Shown here piece by piece: positions 60,601 to 64,000 of a stretch of DNA of 64,000 nt. The translations under genes and the position numbers were made by a program. The notes beneath the pieces were generated by a model. That model was not told where the DNA came from, did no database searches, and saw only the letters and a list, made by a program, of their open reading frames with translations. Source of the DNA: Mantamonas sphyraenae STR306 (taxonomy: Eukaryota; Protista; CRuMs); contig JAPMXV010000032.1 in NCBI GenBank assembly GCA_026936335.1, forward strand, positions 338,226 to 402,225, in the 5' to 3' direction. Position 1 is the stretch's first letter; each line of letters opens with the position of its first letter.

Positions 60601-63600
60601 CAACCACACACGACCGGAAGCCACACTCACGTTGACTTGCAGCAGCCCGCACCCACGTCGACGTCGGTCACCGAAACACCCGTGATCGTCAACTGAACGT
60701 CCTCGTTCACGTTCTGTCCACCAGGCACAGTCAGCACAGGCGCGTCGTTCACCGCACTCACACTCACACCAATCGTGCGCGTGTCGCCCAGTGCTCCACC
60801 CGTGCCACTAGCTCCCCTGGTCGTTCACTGTCACCGTGATCGTGTCTCCTCCATTTGTACTGCGCGTCTCCACGGTACACAATGTTGTTCAGCGCCGCGT
60901 TTGCGTTTGTCCAGCGTCGCCACAAAGCGCACATCCTTCGTGCCCGATGCTGCTCCCGTCCACAATCGTCACGCCGCTCATGCTGCCCAGTGTCACCACA
61001 CCCTGGCTTGCGCTCACGTTCACCAGCAGCAGACTGCCCGCAATGTCCACATCGCTCACGCTGATGCCACCAATCGTCAGATCCGTGTCCTCAACGCCGC
61101 TCTGTCACTCGGCACACTCAGCACAGGCGCGTCGTTCACGCTCGACACAGTCACAACAATGCTGCCACTGTCTCCAAGCACTCCGCCACTGCCCGTGTTG
61201 CCACCGTCGTTCACGCTCACCACAATGCTGTCCACTCCGTTGAACGCACTGTCCGGCATGTACACAACAGTCGCCAGCGCGTTGTTCACATCCGTCACGC
61301 TGCCGCTGAACTCCACCCGTCCGTCGCTGCTGCCGTTGCCTGCACTGAACACAAGGCCGTTCGTGCTCGCCAGCCACACTCGGCCAGCACTCACACTCAC
61401 GTTCACGTTCATCGCTCCGCCCGCAACGTCCACGTCCGCCCACACTCACGCCGCTCACTGTCAGCGCAGTGTCCTCGGCCGTGCTCTGTGCCCCAGGCAC
61501 ACTCAGCACAGGTGCGTCGTTCACAGCCACCACGTTGATCACAAGCGTCTTGTTCGACACCCTGCTCACCACCGCTGCCGACTGCTCCCTGGTCAGACAC
61601 CCACACAACAAGCCCGTCTGCTCCGTTGTACTGTGTCACTCCACGGTACACCATGTTCGACAGTGCTGCGTTCACAGCCGTGATCGACCCGTCAAAACAC
61701 AATCCACGTGTCGTTCACTCCGTCGCCACTGCCAAACGTCAGACCCGTCGTGCTGCCCAGCCACAGGCTGCCTGCGCTCACACTCACGTTCACTCGGAAA
61801 CGCAAATCCGGCCACGTCCACATCGCTCAACGCTGATGCCACCAATCGTCAGATCCGTGTCCTCAGCCACACTCTGTGCACTCGGCAGAGTGATCACCAG
61901 CGCGTCGTTCACACCATTCACAGTGATCGCACACTCTGGCTGTCTGTCTGCCTCACCGCCGGCTCCCGTGTTGCCCTTGTCGCGCACGCTCAGTTCGAGC
62001 GAGTCGCTGCCAAAGAAGTGCAGGTCGCCGTGGTACACCACCTGCCCGATGGCCGCGTTCAGCGCCGTCACCGTGCCGTTCAGCACCAGACTGCGTCCTC
62101 CGTTGCTGGTGTGCCAGACACAAACGTCACGCGCCTGCGTTCACGCTCGTCAGCACACCATGCGTCACCGTCAAGTTCATCTCCATCGACTCTCCGCCCA
62201 CGTCAATGTCCCGTCAACAGTGATGCCTGCAATCGGTCAGATCCGTGTCCTCGTCCACGTTCACTCCACCCACAGGTGTGATGGCAGGGCGGTCGTTCAC
62301 AGGCGTCACCGTGATGCCCACGCTGCCGCTGTCTGTCAACTCATCCCCACACCCACGTTGCCCAGGTCACTCACGCGCACCACAAGCGTGTCTGCGCCGT
62401 TGTAATCCTGTGCCCGCGGTACACCAGCACACCCAGTGCAGTCTGCACCTGGGTCAGCGTGCCCGTGAAAGCTCATCGTCGCGTCCGACGCACCGTCGCC
62501 CACACTGAATGTCAGGCCCGTCGTCGTCACTGCGGTCACCACACCCTGGCTCACGCTCACGTTCGCCTGCAATGCGTTGCCTGCAACGTCCACGTCCGTC
62601 ACGCTGATGCCGTTGATCGTCAGATCCACGTCCTCAGCCACACTCTGTGCAGACACAACACTCAGCACAGGGCCGTCGTTCACAGCCACAACTGTGATCG
62701 CCACGTCGCCGTGTCGTTCAGTGCTCCTCCCAGACCACTGTTGCCGAGGTCGTCCACAAACACAGCCAGCGTATCCGCTCCGTTGTAGTTGCTGTTTGCC
62801 ACGTACGTCACGCTGCCAAAGCCGCGTTCACATCCGTCACCGTGCCGTTGCACTCAATCGTGCTGTCAGCACGCCGTCACCAACAGCAAACAACAGTCCG
62901 CTTGTGCTACCCAGGCTCAACACACCCTGTGACACACTCAGACGCAGTTGCATGCGCGCGCTGCCAACGTCGCCATCGACCACGCTCAGACCCCAATGGC
63001 ACTGCTCGTGTCTTCGTTCACACTCACAGTGGCCGGTGCCGTCAGCACAGGCGCATCGTTCACTCGCCACAGTCACCACAATCACGGCACTGTCACCCAG
63101 CGGACCACCCGCGCCCGTGTTGCCCAGATCGTTCACACTCAACACCACGCTGTCCGTGCCCTGGAAGTTCACGTTGCCACGATACACCAGGTTCGTCAGC
63201 GCCGCGTTCACGTTGGTCAAACGTGCCCGTGAAACGCACCGTTGCGTCGCTGCTGCCGTTTGCCAGCACCAAACACAAGGCCGCTCGTGCTGCCCAGCCA
63301 CATCTGACCAGACGTCACACTCACGTTCACGGCAACCATACCGGTGCTGCGTCCACATCTGCCACGCTGATACCGCCGATCGTCAGGTCGGTCTCCTCGT
63401 TCACGTTCTGTCACCAGGCACAGTCAACACAGGCGCGTCGTTCACCGCACTCACACTCACACCAATCGTGCGCGTGTCGCCCAGTGCTCCACCCGTGCCA
63501 CTAGCGCCTGGTCGTTCACTGTCACCGTGATCGTGTCTCCTCCATTGTACTGCGCGTCCTCCACGGTACACAATGTTGTTCTGCCGCCGCGCTTGCGTTG

Positions 63601-64000
63601 TCAAGCGTCGCCACAAAGCGCACATCCTTTCGTGCCGATGCTGCTCCGTCCACAATCGTCCAAGCCCGCTCATGTGGCCCAGTGTCACCACACCCTGGCT
63701 TGCAGCTCCCGTTTCACAGCAGTCAGATGCCACCGCAATGTCCACAGTCGCTCACGTGATGCCACCAATCGTAGATCCGTGGTCCTCAACGGCCGCTCTG
63801 TCCACTCGCACACTCAGCAAGGCGCGTCGTTCACGCCTCAGCACAGTCACCACAATTTGTTTGCGACTTGTTCTCCAAGCACTCCGGCCACTGCCCGTTG
63901 TTCCACCGTCGTTTCACGCTCACCACAATGCTGTCCACTTCCTTGAACGCACTGTGGCAGTGTACACACTGTCGCCATAGCGCGTTGTTCAATCCGTCAC
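35837..64000 (-). CDS. Giant (>9,300 aa) membrane-anchored cell-surface protein of ~60 cadherin-like/Ig-like VNDAP repeats; 5' end beyond the window; broken by presumed sequencing indels at ~49220-49580 and after ~56640
   Basis: ORFs of 4461 aa and 2369 aa plus fragments share the ~128-aa unit VNDAPVLxVPxAQSVxEDTDLTIxGISVSDVD...VNAALxxxVYRG...NGxDxLxVxVxDxGNxGxGG. Three hydrophobic helices at ~37460-37820 are followed by a disordered tail. Confidence 0.88.
47290..58080. repeat. Higher-order tandem repeat, ~2,688-bp unit (7 domains, 896 aa), four near-identical copies; the unit resumes at ~60760-64000
   Basis: Near-identical shadow ORFs start at 47304, 50009, 52697 and 55385 (spacings 2705, 2688, 2688); the same marker recurs at ~58071, ~60771 and ~63466. 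Confidence 0.95.

Noticed and set aside
56640-64000. Pseudogenised adhesin fragments
   Set aside because: Indel density rises steadily toward the window end while substitutions stay rare, as expected for low-coverage contig-end sequence.
40300-64000. CRISPR array or satellite DNA
   Set aside because: The repeats are in-frame protein-coding domains without a repeat-spacer structure, and no cas genes are present.
1-64000. Transposase/RT-encoding elements, tRNA or rRNA genes; specific taxonomic assignment
   Set aside because: None recognised by eye. Gene content suggests a heterotrophic protist but does not identify the lineage without searches.

Overview
Gene-dense, GC-rich eukaryotic (protist-like) DNA with short GT-AG introns and very short intergenic gaps. 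Scattered single-base indels, increasing after ~56.6 kb, look like long-read errors. In order, the window holds: two head-to-head half-size ABCA transporters; MGM101; CCZ1; an inverted tail-to-tail duplicate pair of unknown secreted prepro-proteins; LST8; a NEMP-like/RDD membrane protein; a SWEET transporter; a ~2,860-aa coiled-coil protein; DEPDC5/IML1; and an apparently intronless membrane-anchored giant (>9,300 aa, runs off the window) built from bacterial-type cadherin-like VNDAP repeats in ~2.69-kb higher-order units. The best candidate for a new system is the inverted pair at 11404-16179. Each copy has a signal peptide, an acidic pro-piece and a ~200-aa D/E-free cationic amphipathic region resembling lytic peptides. 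The N-terminal parts are near-identical, but the C-terminal tails are oppositely charged (Arg12-Trp versus GRGGY repeats plus an acidic tail). The giant adhesin and a cryptic in-frame intron that could fuse CCZ1 to MGM101 are the next most interesting. All family calls come from motif recognition by eye; no database searches were run.
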